A stretch of DNA of 64,000 bases from Octopus vulgaris (taxonomy: Eukaryota). The position numbers were made by a program, and so were the translations under genes. Below the pieces are notes generated by a model. That model was not told where the DNA came from, did no database searches, and was given only the letters and a program-made list of their open reading frames with translations. The stretch is from NCBI GenBank assembly GCA_951406725.2, contig OX597815.1, positions 58,032,001-58,096,000 of the forward strand, given 5' to 3'. Below are positions 12,627 to 23,944 of the stretch, one piece after another (positions within the stretch are counted from its first letter, which is position 1; every line of letters begins with the position of its first letter).

Positions 12627-12892
12627 GTTTAAGAAATTCAATACTTGTCATTCATCTCAACAAGTAAACTCTTTGAAGAAAACGAATTAGAAAAAGCCCT
12701 TTATCACATGCTTTCTTAAAAAAGGTAAACTATGGGAGAGCACTCCTGTTTTATTTATAATACTGTTTAAACGATTGAATTTGAATTTAATAAAGTAAAT
12801 ATTGAATAAGACTTTACGAGTCAGATTTTACATAATTTCTTGAGTATTTGTAAGAAAACAATATACGAGTTACGAATAACTGTAACCTTAAA

Positions 12893-12968
12893 AAGAAATA
12901 AACGAACCACCCAACCAGGTAAAAAAGGTTAACCTTTTTTACCTGGTTGGGTGGTTCGTTTATTTCTT
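12893..12968. repeat. Perfect 76-bp palindrome with no spacer
   Basis: 38-bp arms centred on ggtt|aacc at 12930/12931, checked base by base. Confidence 0.95.
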
Positions 12969-13413
12969 CTTCGACTTCATCATAAATAGTTATTTTATTA
13001 TCATGGTAATTTGCAAGCAGTGTGAAATATGTTTTTATATACTTTGGTATGAAGAGTATTTTAATGAATTTACTTATTCGAAGTTAAGGACCATATTTTG
13101 TACATTTTCAAAGTTTTATAAGAACTCAATTTAATAATTATCGTGACATCATAATTCACACGAGTCGCTTTTCGTATTAAGATGCCACAAAATGTACAAC
13201 ATATAGTGATTGCAATATTTTTGAGCAACAATGCAAGTCCATACTTTTAAGGTTTATTATGAGTCTCTAACACTTTTGAGCGTGCACATTTTTCAATTCT
13301 AATATATTTATTGCTAAGTGTGACATCTGCCGTTAAGTTAGATCCATATTGTCTCCCCTTTATTTGTACCTCCGTTTTAAAGACTACATCTAGCATTTTT
13401 TCTAAGCATTTAG

Positions 13414-14056
13414 GGTACTATTTTAAAAGAGTGGTCCCGGTGCGCGCACTCGCGTATCCGCGGTAGCTAGTCGTGATTAGTCGATCCTTACTTTGTTTAA
13501 AAAAATTATTTACTTTGTGTTTATGTGTTTTATTTACTTTGTTTTAAAAAATTATTAGATCTTTTAGTTTTTGACATAATTTCTAGGTAACTAAAAAATC
13601 TTAAACTTCGTATACTGGTAGAATGTATTTATTGAGGAAATTCTATAGTTTGTAAGATATTTGGTCTTTAATTTCTTGCATTTCGGCAATTTCAACCAAT
13701 CAATGATCGTCTATTGAGGTGAAACCATTCTGTGCTGTATGAATATGTCCCTCGTTTAAGAAACAGATTGGGTTTATTTACATTTCTGAAGAAAAAAAAA
13801 GATACCCTTCCCCCACCCCTAACCCTAAAAGAGATTGAAATGCAATAGATCGATTCTAGGGTCATAATTATGGGCGACAATTTCATATGACACCGCTAGG
13901 AAAACTGCCGTTCAAACCAAAAAGATCCAAATTATTTACTTTGTGTAAAAAAATTATGTTGTGTTTTATTTACTTTGCTAGGTAGTCGTTGTAGGATCGA
14001 CTAGTCACGACTAGTACGCGAGTGCGCGCACCGGGACACTTTTCTTAAATAGTACC
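13414..14056. mobile_element. Merlin-like MITE family C with CpG-rich TIRs
   Basis: Termini ggtactattt / aaatagtacc; subterminal tcccggtgcgcgcactcgcgta inverted pair; perfect 9-bp TSD agcatttag. Confidence 0.85.
13557..13928. mobile_element. Merlin-like MITE family B inserted in the family C element
   Basis: agatctttt ... aaaagatcc; perfect 8-bp TSD aaattatt. Confidence 0.85.
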
Positions 14057-14507
14057 AGCATTTAGTAGAAAAAAATTTGAATCTAGCATTTAGCTGGGGA
14101 AAATAGTGTACCGTGAGCACATGTAGTCTTGTCAACTGTAAACACTCTGGTAGATGTGTGTGCGTGCTTGTGTACGCGTGTGTGTGCGAGCGTTTCTAGG
14201 TATTTATGTGTGGAGGAAGCTAATGGGTGTACGAGTGTATGCTTAAACAAATAAAGAAGACAATTTTAAACAAATGATAGAAGCATTTTTTTTCACGTGT
14301 TGTAAGGAGGATGTTGTGCCAATGCTCGACCTTCATTCTGGTTATACCTACACAAGTGTACCTGTCTGTTTGAGATACCTACATAAAATTGTATATGTTA
14401 GAGAAACTATTGTTTCACTCTTTTGCGAAACTGAAAGATAAGCTAAAGTGTGCGATTACCACTATTTTGAATAAACATATTAGTGCGTTAATTTTATTCC
14501 ACTTTAC

Positions 14508-14563
14508 CTGTAGTTCCGACCGATTGCAAGAACTTTTCTACAAATTTCAAGATACCGCAACAT
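14508..14563 (-). CDS. FAHD1: FAHD1-like (fumarylacetoacetate hydrolase domain protein 1) coding exon 1
   Basis: Minus strand from ATG 14563 reads MLRYLEICRKVLAIGRNY + AG, then donor ag|gtaaag at 14507. In-frame TAA lies 4 codons upstream. The K-x-x-x-x-GRNY motif matches the FAHD1 N-terminus. The phase-2 end joins exon 2 exactly. Confidence 0.88.
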
Positions 14564-14882
14564 GTCAGCTACTTAAACTGTAATGTCCTTCAAACTTCGA
14601 AGATTTTTGTACTTATTTGGTTATGAATAAATCGTTTCATTCTTAATGTTACTTTTTCATTTAAAATATTAAGGCTAACCGAGTGTTTTAGAATTTGTTT
14701 TTTTCGATATGGGGGTCCGTTCTCGTCAAAAACGGTCGGTTTTCGAGGGAACTTTCTGGTATTAGCATTCGCGGAAGAATTGTTTTTCATTCACTGTGCT
14801 TCGGCCTCATTGCTTTGCTTTGGGCAGTGGTTCTTGATTTCTTCTTTCATGAAGTACTGGGGGGGAAAAAAAAAAAAAAAAG

Positions 14883-15678
14883 GGCTCTTTTCCTTTTGAA
14901 CGACACATGTCAACACAATTTCTAGTTAGCTAAACACTTTTAAACTTCGTATACTGTTAGAATATTTCAAAATAAAACATTTTTTTCTCTTGGCTTTCTT
15001 GAGAAAATTGTAATTTGTAAATTTAACGTAGTTTAATTTTTCGAATTTTAACCAATCGATTGCCTCTGTTGAGCTAAAATCATTTGCTCCGTCTAAAACT
15101 GAGACAACATCCTGTCACTAACCCTCACCCTAACTCTAACCCTAAATTTTAGCCTTTCGTTTGTTTTTTTAATTGTTACGCGTGTGTCTAAAATTATTCG
15201 TTTTGTTTTTGTTTGGAGTTTTTGCTTTCGTTTTAGCCTTTCGTTTTTTTTTCTTAATTGTTTAAAGCAATGGAAAATAATTTTAATTTAACAATTAAGA
15301 AAAAAAAAACGAAAGCAAAAACTCAAAACAAAAACAAAACGAATAATTTTAGACACACACATAACAATTAAAATAATTCTATAATTTTATACACATGCTT
15401 TCCGTATATTCTGTATAAATAGCTGTTTACGTAAACATAACAGTGACAGGATGTTGTCTCAGTTTTAAACGAAGCAAATGATTTTAGCTCAATAGAGGCC
15501 ATTCATTGGTTAAAATTCGAAAAATTAAACTACGTTAAACAAACAAATTACAATTTTCTCAAGAAAGCCAAGACAAAAAAATGTTTTATTTTGACACATT
15601 CTACCAGTATACGAAGTTTTAAAGTGTTTAATTAACTAGAGATTGTGTTGAAAACTGCCGTTCAAAAGGAAAAGATTA
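14883..15678. mobile_element. Merlin-like fold-back MITE related to family B
   Basis: ggctcttttccttttgaacg ... cgttcaaaaggaaaagat; long inverted arms; aaaaaaag on both flanks. Confidence 0.8.
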
Positions 15679-15853
15679 AAAAAAAAGTCTAACAGCTTAG
15701 ATTTTTAAAAAATACTGGAATATTTTGTATGGAAAATTAAAGAAAACAATTTTTGAATTTAAAAATTATAAAGGAAATACTTCTTTCCGCCTCACCCCCA
15801 TTTTCTCGCAAATTATTTTTTATTTTTTATTTTTTTGCCCAAAAAAACCCTGT

Positions 15854-16253
15854 GGATCTTTTCGGTTTGAACAGCAGTTTTTAAGATAATTTCTAGGTAA
15901 CTAAAACATTTTAAACTTCGTATACTGATAGAATGTGTTTATAAAACATCTTTTTCTCTTGGCTTTATTGAGAAAATTCTATAGTTTGTAAGATATTTGG
16001 TCTTTAATTTCTTGCATTTCGGCAATTTCAACCAATCAATGACCGTCTATTGAGGTGAAACCATTCTGTGCCGTATGTATATGTCCCTCGTTTAAGAAAC
16101 AGATTGGGTTTATTTACATTTCTGAAGAAAAAAAGATACCCTCCCCCACCCCTAACCCTAACCCTAAAAGAGATTGATTCTAGGGTCATAATTATGGGTC
16201 ACAATTTCATATGACACCGCTAGAAAAAACTGCCGTTCAAACCAAAAAGGTCC
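15854..16253. mobile_element. Merlin-like MITE family B
   Basis: TIRs ggatcttttcggtttgaac / gttcaaaccaaaaaggtcc; TSD aaccctgt / aaccccgt. Confidence 0.85.
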
Positions 16254-16286
16254 AACCCCGTTTTCGGATATGGTGATTTCAGAAAA

Positions 16287-16702
16287 GGATCTTTTCGGTT
16301 TGAACGGCAGTTTTTTAAAATAATTTCCACGTAACTAAACACTTTTAAACTTCGTATACTGGTAGAATGTGTTTATAAAACATCCTTTTCTCTTGGCTTT
16401 ATTGAGAAAATTCTATAGTTTGTAAGATATTTGTTGTTTTTTTCTTTAATTTCTGTAATTTCAACCAATCAATGACGTCTATTGAGGTGAAAACATTCTG
16501 TGCCATATGAATATGTCCCTCGTTTAAGAAACAGATTGGGTTTATTTACATTTCTGAAGAAAAAAAGATACCCTTCCCCCCACCCCTAACCCTAACAGCT
16601 AAAACAGATTGAAATGCAATAGATCGATACTAGGTCATAATTATGGGTGACAATTTCATATGACACCGCTAGAAAAAACTGCCGTTCAAACCGAAAAGAT
16701 CC
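16287..16702. mobile_element. Merlin-like MITE family B
   Basis: 29-bp TIR ggatcttttcggtttgaacggcagttttt / aaaaactgccgttcaaaccgaaaagatcc; TSD tcagaaaa / ccggaaaa. Confidence 0.85.
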
Positions 16703-18749
16703 CCGGAAAATTGCCAAAAATTGGAATTTTGACATTTCTAACCCCCCCCCCCCTTACCACCTTACCCCCCAAATTTCCTCATTTTTCACTTTTTTCCCTA
16801 ATCCTAACCCTAAAATCTTAATGCTAACCCTAACTATAAAAATTTTAGGAAATTTTTTTCAGAATCATAATCTCCATATTTTTCTGCATATTTAAAAAAA
16901 AAATTTCTGAAAAAAGTTAAATATGAAGAAACTGGGGGGTGGATTTCAAAATGCCGATTTTTGCCAAGTTTTTTGCAGATTCATATTCTCTGTAGCCGTG
17001 TAGAAAAAAAAATTAAATAAAAGAAAAAGGGGTGTTTTTTTGGGGTGAAGTACAAAAGGAAGTCTTGGCATTATAAAAATATATTGAAAACTATTGCTTA
17101 TTTTGTTTTGTTAATCATACTTGTTAAATTTCTTGCAACCACTCGAAGTTTTTCAAATTTTCACCAGATTATTTTTTTTAAATGCAGTTATGCATGCTGA
17201 TGAAAATCGCATTCAATTTGACAGAAATTAATAAAAGAAGTTGTGGCAAATTCATGAAGTTGTTCCTCTCTTTAGGTAAGCATTTAAAATCTGCTTTATG
17301 AATTCACATTTACTCAGTGCTTACCTAGGAAAAATTATCTTGTCTAATGTTTGTACTTCTCTTGTGAACCCTAATGACTTAGGAATTAAAACTGAATCTT
17401 TGTTTTCCATCTATGGTATTATTCTTGACACTTAATAGATATTGAAAATGTCTTGTTTTTAAAATTTATTTTCCAATGTTTAAAATTTCTTTTAATTTGA
17501 TAAAACTGAATAAACTAGATCTGGAATCCAATGAATAATTCAGTAAAGTCAAGTTAAAAACTTGGAGCTAAGTTATAGTAATTCAGTTTTGTTATTGTAG
17601 CTGTCTAGTCTAGATGGGTCTTGAAAGGTATGAACACTGCTTGCTCTTCTCAAGTTAGGCCTTTGACTTTTTGCTATCTAAATTGATTAATATGTGATCA
17701 ATACTGTTTGCATCAAGGAATAAAGAAATAGGAATTTATAACATTCAATACAAGCATAAGTGAAATAGCTGCAATCATCAGTAGGACCTGGGTCATAAAT
17801 ATGGTTTGAAAGAGTTTATCACCTACATATACTACTATTGTTGCCACCTTTTTAGTCTTGCAACAAAAAAAAAAATTTAATCAATGAAAGAGGGGAAAGT
17901 TTTCATTTTAGAACAATAATAGTATTTTTCACAAGCTCTGTTTTATTAATTTATTTATATATTTCTTTGTTTTGATATTGGTAAAGAATCATTTGACATT
18001 TCCAGATTCCACTGTTTATAAAAAAAAACGAAAAAAAAAAACAAAACCAAAAACCCCCGATACTTCAACTAAATACATGATTGGCACATGATGCAGTTTT
18101 GCGAAATAAACAATCGTTTCCACCTTTTGCTTAAAGCAAGAATTTTTCTCCATGGCAAACTGCAATGAAAAGGGCCTTCTTTACAAGTTAAACATGTCCC
18201 AAACATTTGAACTTATCACACAGTTTATTTATTTCCACTAAACTTCTTTTAATGAAGAATTTTGGTCAAATGATAAATTTGAATATTTTTGATTGGTGAC
18301 ATAATTAATTGTTAAAGTTTTCTTATTAGAAAAGGCATTGCTTTATGTAGTTTTCCAGATATGCCATACATGCCCACCATATGTCTTACTTCAGAGTCCA
18401 GTCACATAAAAACTCTTAAATGCATCAAGAGCACTTCAGGTTGCTATGACACACTTCTAAAGTCATTACTTCTGATCTAAACAGGTACACTGCATCTTGA
18501 CACAAATGAGCTTCAGTGTCAATTTCCTCTTTGAAAGCTACCTGATGGTTTGTTGACTATATTTAAGACTACTCTGTACTAATGGAGTCCAATTTCGAAC
18601 TATTGTACATTTGCTTGGGTGGAGTTGCTGAGTATTTTGTTGGTTATTGACACTGGGAAAAGCTAATTAGAGGAAGAAGGATACTACCTATGACTCTTGC
18701 AGGTTCTTCCAGAATGGTGAGGTTGATATTAGTAAGGCCAATGTTTACA

Positions 18750-19080
18750 GGAAATTCATGAGTAGGGAGGGAATTTTTAAGGGTTGCAAACTTGAGGACT
18801 TCATCAAGTCTTTAGTGCAAAGGTGTGAGTAAGAGTGAAAGGGAAATATGACAGTGAATATGACAGGCTGGTTGTATGGTCTTCAGTAGAAAGGTATAAA
18901 TTTAACTAATTCAGAAGTGGTCATTCAAATAGGGATAGAAGAAGCAGAGGGAAGAAACAGTGTGACTGAGTCTGATTGAAATATGTTGGTAAATTAATTA
19001 TTGCCACTCAGTTTAATGACTATTTTGGATGTGGTCTAAGATATCTATGTGTGCAACAGCAGCAATTTTACCCTACAGGT
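18750..19080 (-). mobile_element. Highly decayed non-LTR retrotransposon ORF2 C-terminus (Jockey/CR1 group)
   Basis: Broken reading gives AAVAHIDILDHIQN, SLCFFY, SELVKFIP and NSLPTHEFP. Confidence 0.4.
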
Positions 19081-19179
19081 TAGCAATCCTCAATGTGTCT
19101 CTTCAGTGAGCAGTACTCTGACACATGTTTTAAATGAAAAGGATTCACATGCGTGTTTCATTTAATGTGTGCACTTATA

Positions 19180-19625
19180 TCTCTTAAGTGATCTGTACTC
19201 TAATGCATGTCTTAAGTGATTTGTACTCCAATGTGTGTCTCAAGTAATTTGTTCTCCAATGCATGTCCTAAGTGATCTGTTCTCCAATACATGTCTTTAG
19301 CAATCTGTACTTCAATACATTTTAAGTGAGCTGTATTCCAATGTGTGTCTTAAGTCAGATGTACTCAAATACCTGACTTACTTAAGTGAGCTGTAACTCC
19401 AATGTATGTCTTACCTAAGCGAGCTATATTCCAATGTGTGTCTTGAGCTGTTCCCCACTGAATGTCTTAGGTGAGCTATACTCCAGTACATGTCTTATAT
19501 GAATTGTACTTTCATGTGTGTCTTAAGTGAGTTGTACTTTCAGGCCTGGCTTAAGTGAGTTGTACTCTGTGTGTCTTAAGACATACTCAGTGTGTCTTGA
19601 GTGAACAGTACTCTAATGTGTATCT
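19180..19625. repeat. Minisatellite, ~28-32 bp unit (gtcttaagtgagctgtactccaatgtgt), about 15 diverged copies
   Basis: Directly visible tandem periodicity; the distal part is duplicated at 20838-20977. Confidence 0.85.
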
Positions 19626-19865
19626 TTGCGTGAATGAACAATACTGCAAAGTGAGTTGTAGTTAAGTGAGTAGTTCTGTTATGTGAGTCATAATATTAAA
19701 TTAAAGCAGCATTGTTACAAAATCCATATATCCATTTTAACAAATCTGCTAAAAACTTTATTGGTATTTTTACACTTTTACACATGGTAAATCAACTGTA
19801 CATATCTGGGAACTTACCTACAGATTGAATTTTTGCTGACTTGGCTTTTGTTGACTCAGAGAAGC

Positions 19866-20068
19866 ATGACTGGCTCCTGTGCCGGTGGCACATAAAAAGC
19901 ACCCACTACACTCTTGGAGTTGTTGGCATTAGGAAGGGCATCCAGCTGTAGAAACATTGCCAGATCAGACTGGAGCCTGGTGCAGCCACTGGCTCTTCAG
20001 ACCTCAGTCAAACTGTCCAACCCATGCCAGCATGGAAAACGGACGTTAAAAGATGATGATGATGATGA
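19866..20068 (+). mobile_element. RTE/SINE shared 3' tail
   Basis: ggcattaggaagggcatccagctgtagaaac...ggacgttaaaa(gat)n. Confidence 0.9.
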
Positions 20069-20162
20069 TATATATGTTCTGAGCACACAATCTCAGATCA
20101 AGTCACTCGCTATGTAAGTACATCTCTATAAACAGAAAGATTATCTCTATGAAATGTTATAT

Positions 20163-20545
20163 TAGAGTGGTTGTATACTGTCAACTTAATGTGACAGTCC
20201 CATGAAGGGAATCACACCACCGCTATTTAGCCCTAGGAAACATCAACGCTTCCTGTTAGCCTTGGCACATTTCCTGTGTCCTTATGTTTACAAGGGGGAG
20301 ACAAGCACCCCCACCCAGCTAAGCCTGCATCCAGAGACTAGTTTCTGAGTCTTGCTCATCATCAGTCTGGAGTAGCATGGCTTGCTAGCTGCAGATGTTT
20401 GTCTAGGCCTCGTAAACATATAGTAATTTCAGTGAAATAAATCCACTGATCACAAAAAAATAGAAATATTACATTTCTAAATATCTCAGAGAAATATAAG
20501 CAGTGGTGGTATGATAGAGTAGTTGTATACTGTCAACGCTTCCTG
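20163..20545 (-). mobile_element. Non-coding hammerhead-bearing unit (retrozyme or Penelope pLTR-like), 352-nt period
   Basis: Direct repeat tagagt(g/a)gttgtatactgtcaac at 20163 and 20515 brackets the ribozyme. Confidence 0.6.
20330..20371 (-). ncRNA. Minimal type I hammerhead ribozyme
   Basis: Minus strand UCCAGA-CUGAUGA-UGAG-caaga-CUCA-GAAA-CUAG-UC-UCUGGA: intact core, 6-bp stem I, 4-bp stem II, palindromic mini stem III (ACUAGU) and GUC cleavage triplet. Confidence 0.85.
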
Positions 20546-21597
20546 ATTGAAATGAAAATAAAATTTCTTATTGACACTGACCAGCCTTCACATACATATA
20601 GTATGTTTAATAATGTACCTAACATGGAAAGACACACACACTGTGAAATATATACACACTTATACACATACATTCACAGACAGATACACAGTCATATACA
20701 AAATGTGAGTAAAAATATAAAAGTGAAACATATAGTGTGTTTAATAATGTACATAACACAGAAAGACACCCACACAGTGAGACATATACACACTCATACA
20801 CTCACACACACACTGTAAGACATAAACACACTCTTACAGTGAGTTGTACTCTAATGTGTGTCTCAAGTGAGTTGTACTCTGTGTTTCTTAAAACATACTC
20901 AGTGTGTCTTGAGTGAACAGTACTCTAATGTGTATCTTTGCGTGAATGAATAATACTGCAAAGTGAGTTGTAGTTAATGTGAGTAAAAGTATAAAAGTGA
21001 AACATAGTGTGTTTAATAATGTACATAACACAGAAAGACACCCTCACAGTGAGACATATACACACTCATACACTCACGCACACACTGTAAGACATATACA
21101 CACTCTTACACTCACACATGTTGTTGTTGTAGTTAAAATTAAAAGTATAACAGTGAAACATATAGCATGTTTAATAACATACCTATTGTGGAAAGACATA
21201 TACACTCATACACTCATGCGCATACATTCACAGACAGATTCAAAGTCATATACAAAATGTGACATCATCGTCATTGTCGTGGTTAGAATTAAAAGCAAAA
21301 GTATAAAAGTGAAACAATATATCACATTACAATATAGATGTTATTCTTTCATTTTTATTCTTCGAGTTTTGACACATAATACAGAATCAGTGCCAATGTT
21401 GTATTGTTTAATCTCAAAAAAATTACATGTTGACACTAACAGGGTCTGGTAGTATTACCATGTAAAATTTGATTTGGTTTGGTTGAGCCGTTTCAGAATG
21501 CATTGGGAACAGACAGAGAGACAAAGGATTTTATATGTATGTATATATATACACATATATATATATATATATAAAAGAATATATATATTTATTTAGT

Positions 21598-21907
21598 AGA
21601 GTTTTAATGCAGCAAAATCAATTTATTTACATAACTGTTGATTATGTAATGCCTATGATCGTTTCAATATCCACCTTCATTTATTTTACAGTTAACAATT
21701 GCATTATGAGTTCAGAAGGTAGAAGACTCTTCAGGCCTAAAATCGACATATTTATCTTTACACCCTAACAGATTGAGTGTTCATTATAGACTAACTTATA
21801 ATGCAATTGTTAATTGTAAAATAAGTGAAGGTGGATTTTGAAATTATTGCAGGCATTATGTAATTGATAGTTATGTACATAAATTAATTTTGCTGTATTC
21901 AAACTCT
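21598..21907. mobile_element. MITE with ~115-bp imperfect TIRs
   Basis: agagttttaatgcagcaaaatcaattt...aacaattgcattatgagtt pairs with aacttataatgcaattgtt...aattttgctgtattcaaactct. Confidence 0.75.
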
Positions 21908-22133
21908 CCATTTTTTAATGTTATACTACTAGATTTATATTCATATATATCGAATCAGATGGAAACATAATGTATATAGTACTCTATAACGTGTATAGCA
22001 TTGGTGTCTATTAAACAATAATACTAATACAAGGAAACAAATTCCAGTAAATTCATAGATATATGGATAAACCGGAGGAAGCTAGGATGTAAGACGTACC
22101 TGGAAAGAGCAATCTCTTTCTTTACAAAAACTA

Positions 22134-23450
22134 TACAGGTATATACCTTACCCTAAGTCATTTTACTTGTCTATAGGCTAGGCTAGGCTTGGCCTAGCCT
22201 TGCATAAACTGCTAATAGCCATTCCCCAGTGCTGTACTTTATTTATGAATACATTTTCGAAAAGATGTGGTTAATAAAAACCTATTTTAAGTTTACAAAA
22301 AAGTGTATTTATTATTTTATAACACAGTAAAAAAACCCAAAAGACTAAAGTATTTTAAATTTACCAATACATACAATTTGGTGGTGTTTATGTTTACATT
22401 GCTAATAGTCATTTCCCAGTGTTGTACTTTATTTATGAATGCATTTTCAATAAGACACTGTTAATAAAAACCTATTATAAGCTTACAAACAAATAATAAT
22501 TATTTTGTAATAAAGTAAAAAAAAAATTAAGTATTTACCAATAAGCAAGATTTGGTGGTGTTTACATTGTAGATGTAGATAGCTGAGGATTGTTGATGTT
22601 ACATCATCAGCTGATTCTGGCAGTTCTCATTGTTGTTTGATGCATTTCAAAAACTGGTCAAGAGTGCCTTGAACTGTTTTCTTTTCGTCAAGTATTGCGT
22701 TATAAGGAGTGAAAGCTTCATGACAAGCCTCCATAATCTAGGAAAAGCGTTGAGTATTTGGATCCATATCTTCAAACAATGCAAGACTTTTTCCAATGTG
22801 TGCAAATGCTTACTGCATTTTCTTAATAGTGAAATGGCATGGCTCAGGTTCAACTTGCTCTTCTTTATTTTCGTGCTCGTTTTCTCCAATGATCTTCAAT
22901 GTTGCAGGAAATTCCGCTGCTGCATGTTTGTCAGCTGATGTGTTTTCACATTGCTTCTTAAGGAAGTAATAACTTCTCCATTTTTTAAAATCTCATAAAC
23001 CTATATCAGTTGTCTGATTCACCCCAAAAGATTGTGCAATCACTTCAACTTTTTCACCTCTATCATGATGTTTTATCATCACCAACTTATCCCCCGGCAT
23101 TATATCATAACACCTAGCACTTTCACCGGTACTTACAAATGAATGTAAATGAGAGAATCTAAATGATAAACAAATGTAAGCAAATCTGAATTCAAAACAA
23201 TTTCAGGAATCACAATGAAGTCTGATGATACAGATAGATAAGACAACACAGCTGATTTCATGCTTTAGTGAACTTGGCTACACTACTTTATGGTGTGTAT
23301 TTTAGCATTTATTGCATTTTCATGATTTTATATGCGTTTATTTTTATTTATTGTAACATGATTTTATGTGCTTTTAGTGTTTTTTAATGTTTTTATGATT
23401 CCAATATTATTGGCAGACTGATGTAAAGTTGAGTAAAGCGACTTAACTTG
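22134..23450 (-). mobile_element. Tigger/pogo internal-deletion derivative
   Basis: Minus strand KLVMIKHHDRGEKVEVIAQSFGVNQTT (psq-HTH-like, ~23005-23087), next to a Tigger-type C-terminal region (22650-22890); TA-CAGGT end at 22134. Confidence 0.6.
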
Positions 23451-23489
23451 ATTTTTATTTTTCCATATGTTACTTTTAAAAACTGATGT

Positions 23490-23877
23490 ATCTTTATTTG
23501 CTTCAGTCAATTGACTATGGCCATGCTGGAGCACAGCGTTTTGTCGAACAAATCAACCCCCAGAACTTATTCTTTGTAAGCCTAGTACTTATTCTATTGG
23601 TCCCTTTTACTGAACTGCTAAGTTATGGGGACGTAAGCACACCAACATTGGTTGTCAAGTGATGGTGGGGGGGACAAACACAGACACACGAAAATACACA
23701 TACACATATGTATACAACGGGCTTCTTTCAGCTTCTGTCTGCCAAATCCACTCACAAGGCTTTGGTTGGCCTGTGGCTATAGTAGAAGACACTTGCCTGA
23801 AGTGCTACACAATGGGACTGAACCTGGAATCATGGGCTGGGAAGCAAGCTTCTTACCACATAGCCACTCCTGCGCCT
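23490..23877 (-). mobile_element. tRNA-derived CORE-type SINE
   Basis: Minus head aggcgcaggagtggctatgtggtaag (A box), ggttcagtccc (B box) and CORE-like ggcaagtgtcttct. Confidence 0.85.
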
Positions 23878-23884
23878 ATTGCGC

Positions 23885-23931
<47 letters not shown>

Positions 23932-23944
23932 ATTGTATTGTGAC

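Larger units (their letters stand above)
10575..13300. mobile_element. Large element bounded by ~110-bp inverted repeats; hosts nested MITEs
   Basis: aattgaaaaatgtgcacgctcaaaag...tgtacatt (10575-10680) is the reverse complement of 13191-13298. The match resumes at tgtggcatc (11248) / gatgccaca (13181). Confidence 0.65.
15773..17069. mobile_element. Merlin-like MITE family A (inverted relative to the 10784 copy) carrying two insertions
   Basis: Termini ggaaatacttc / ggaagtcttggc; perfect 8-bp TSD attataaa; body matches the reverse complement of 10784-11212 once the inserts are removed. Confidence 0.85.

Noticed and set aside
14590-14790. ORF MKNNSSANANTRKFPRK... upstream of FAHD1
   Set aside because: No recognisable homology, and it stops before the FAHD1 start; treated as promoter/UTR sequence.
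19180-19625. CRISPR-like periodicity
   Set aside because: Units are contiguous and diverged, with no unique spacers or cas genes; this is a eukaryotic minisatellite.
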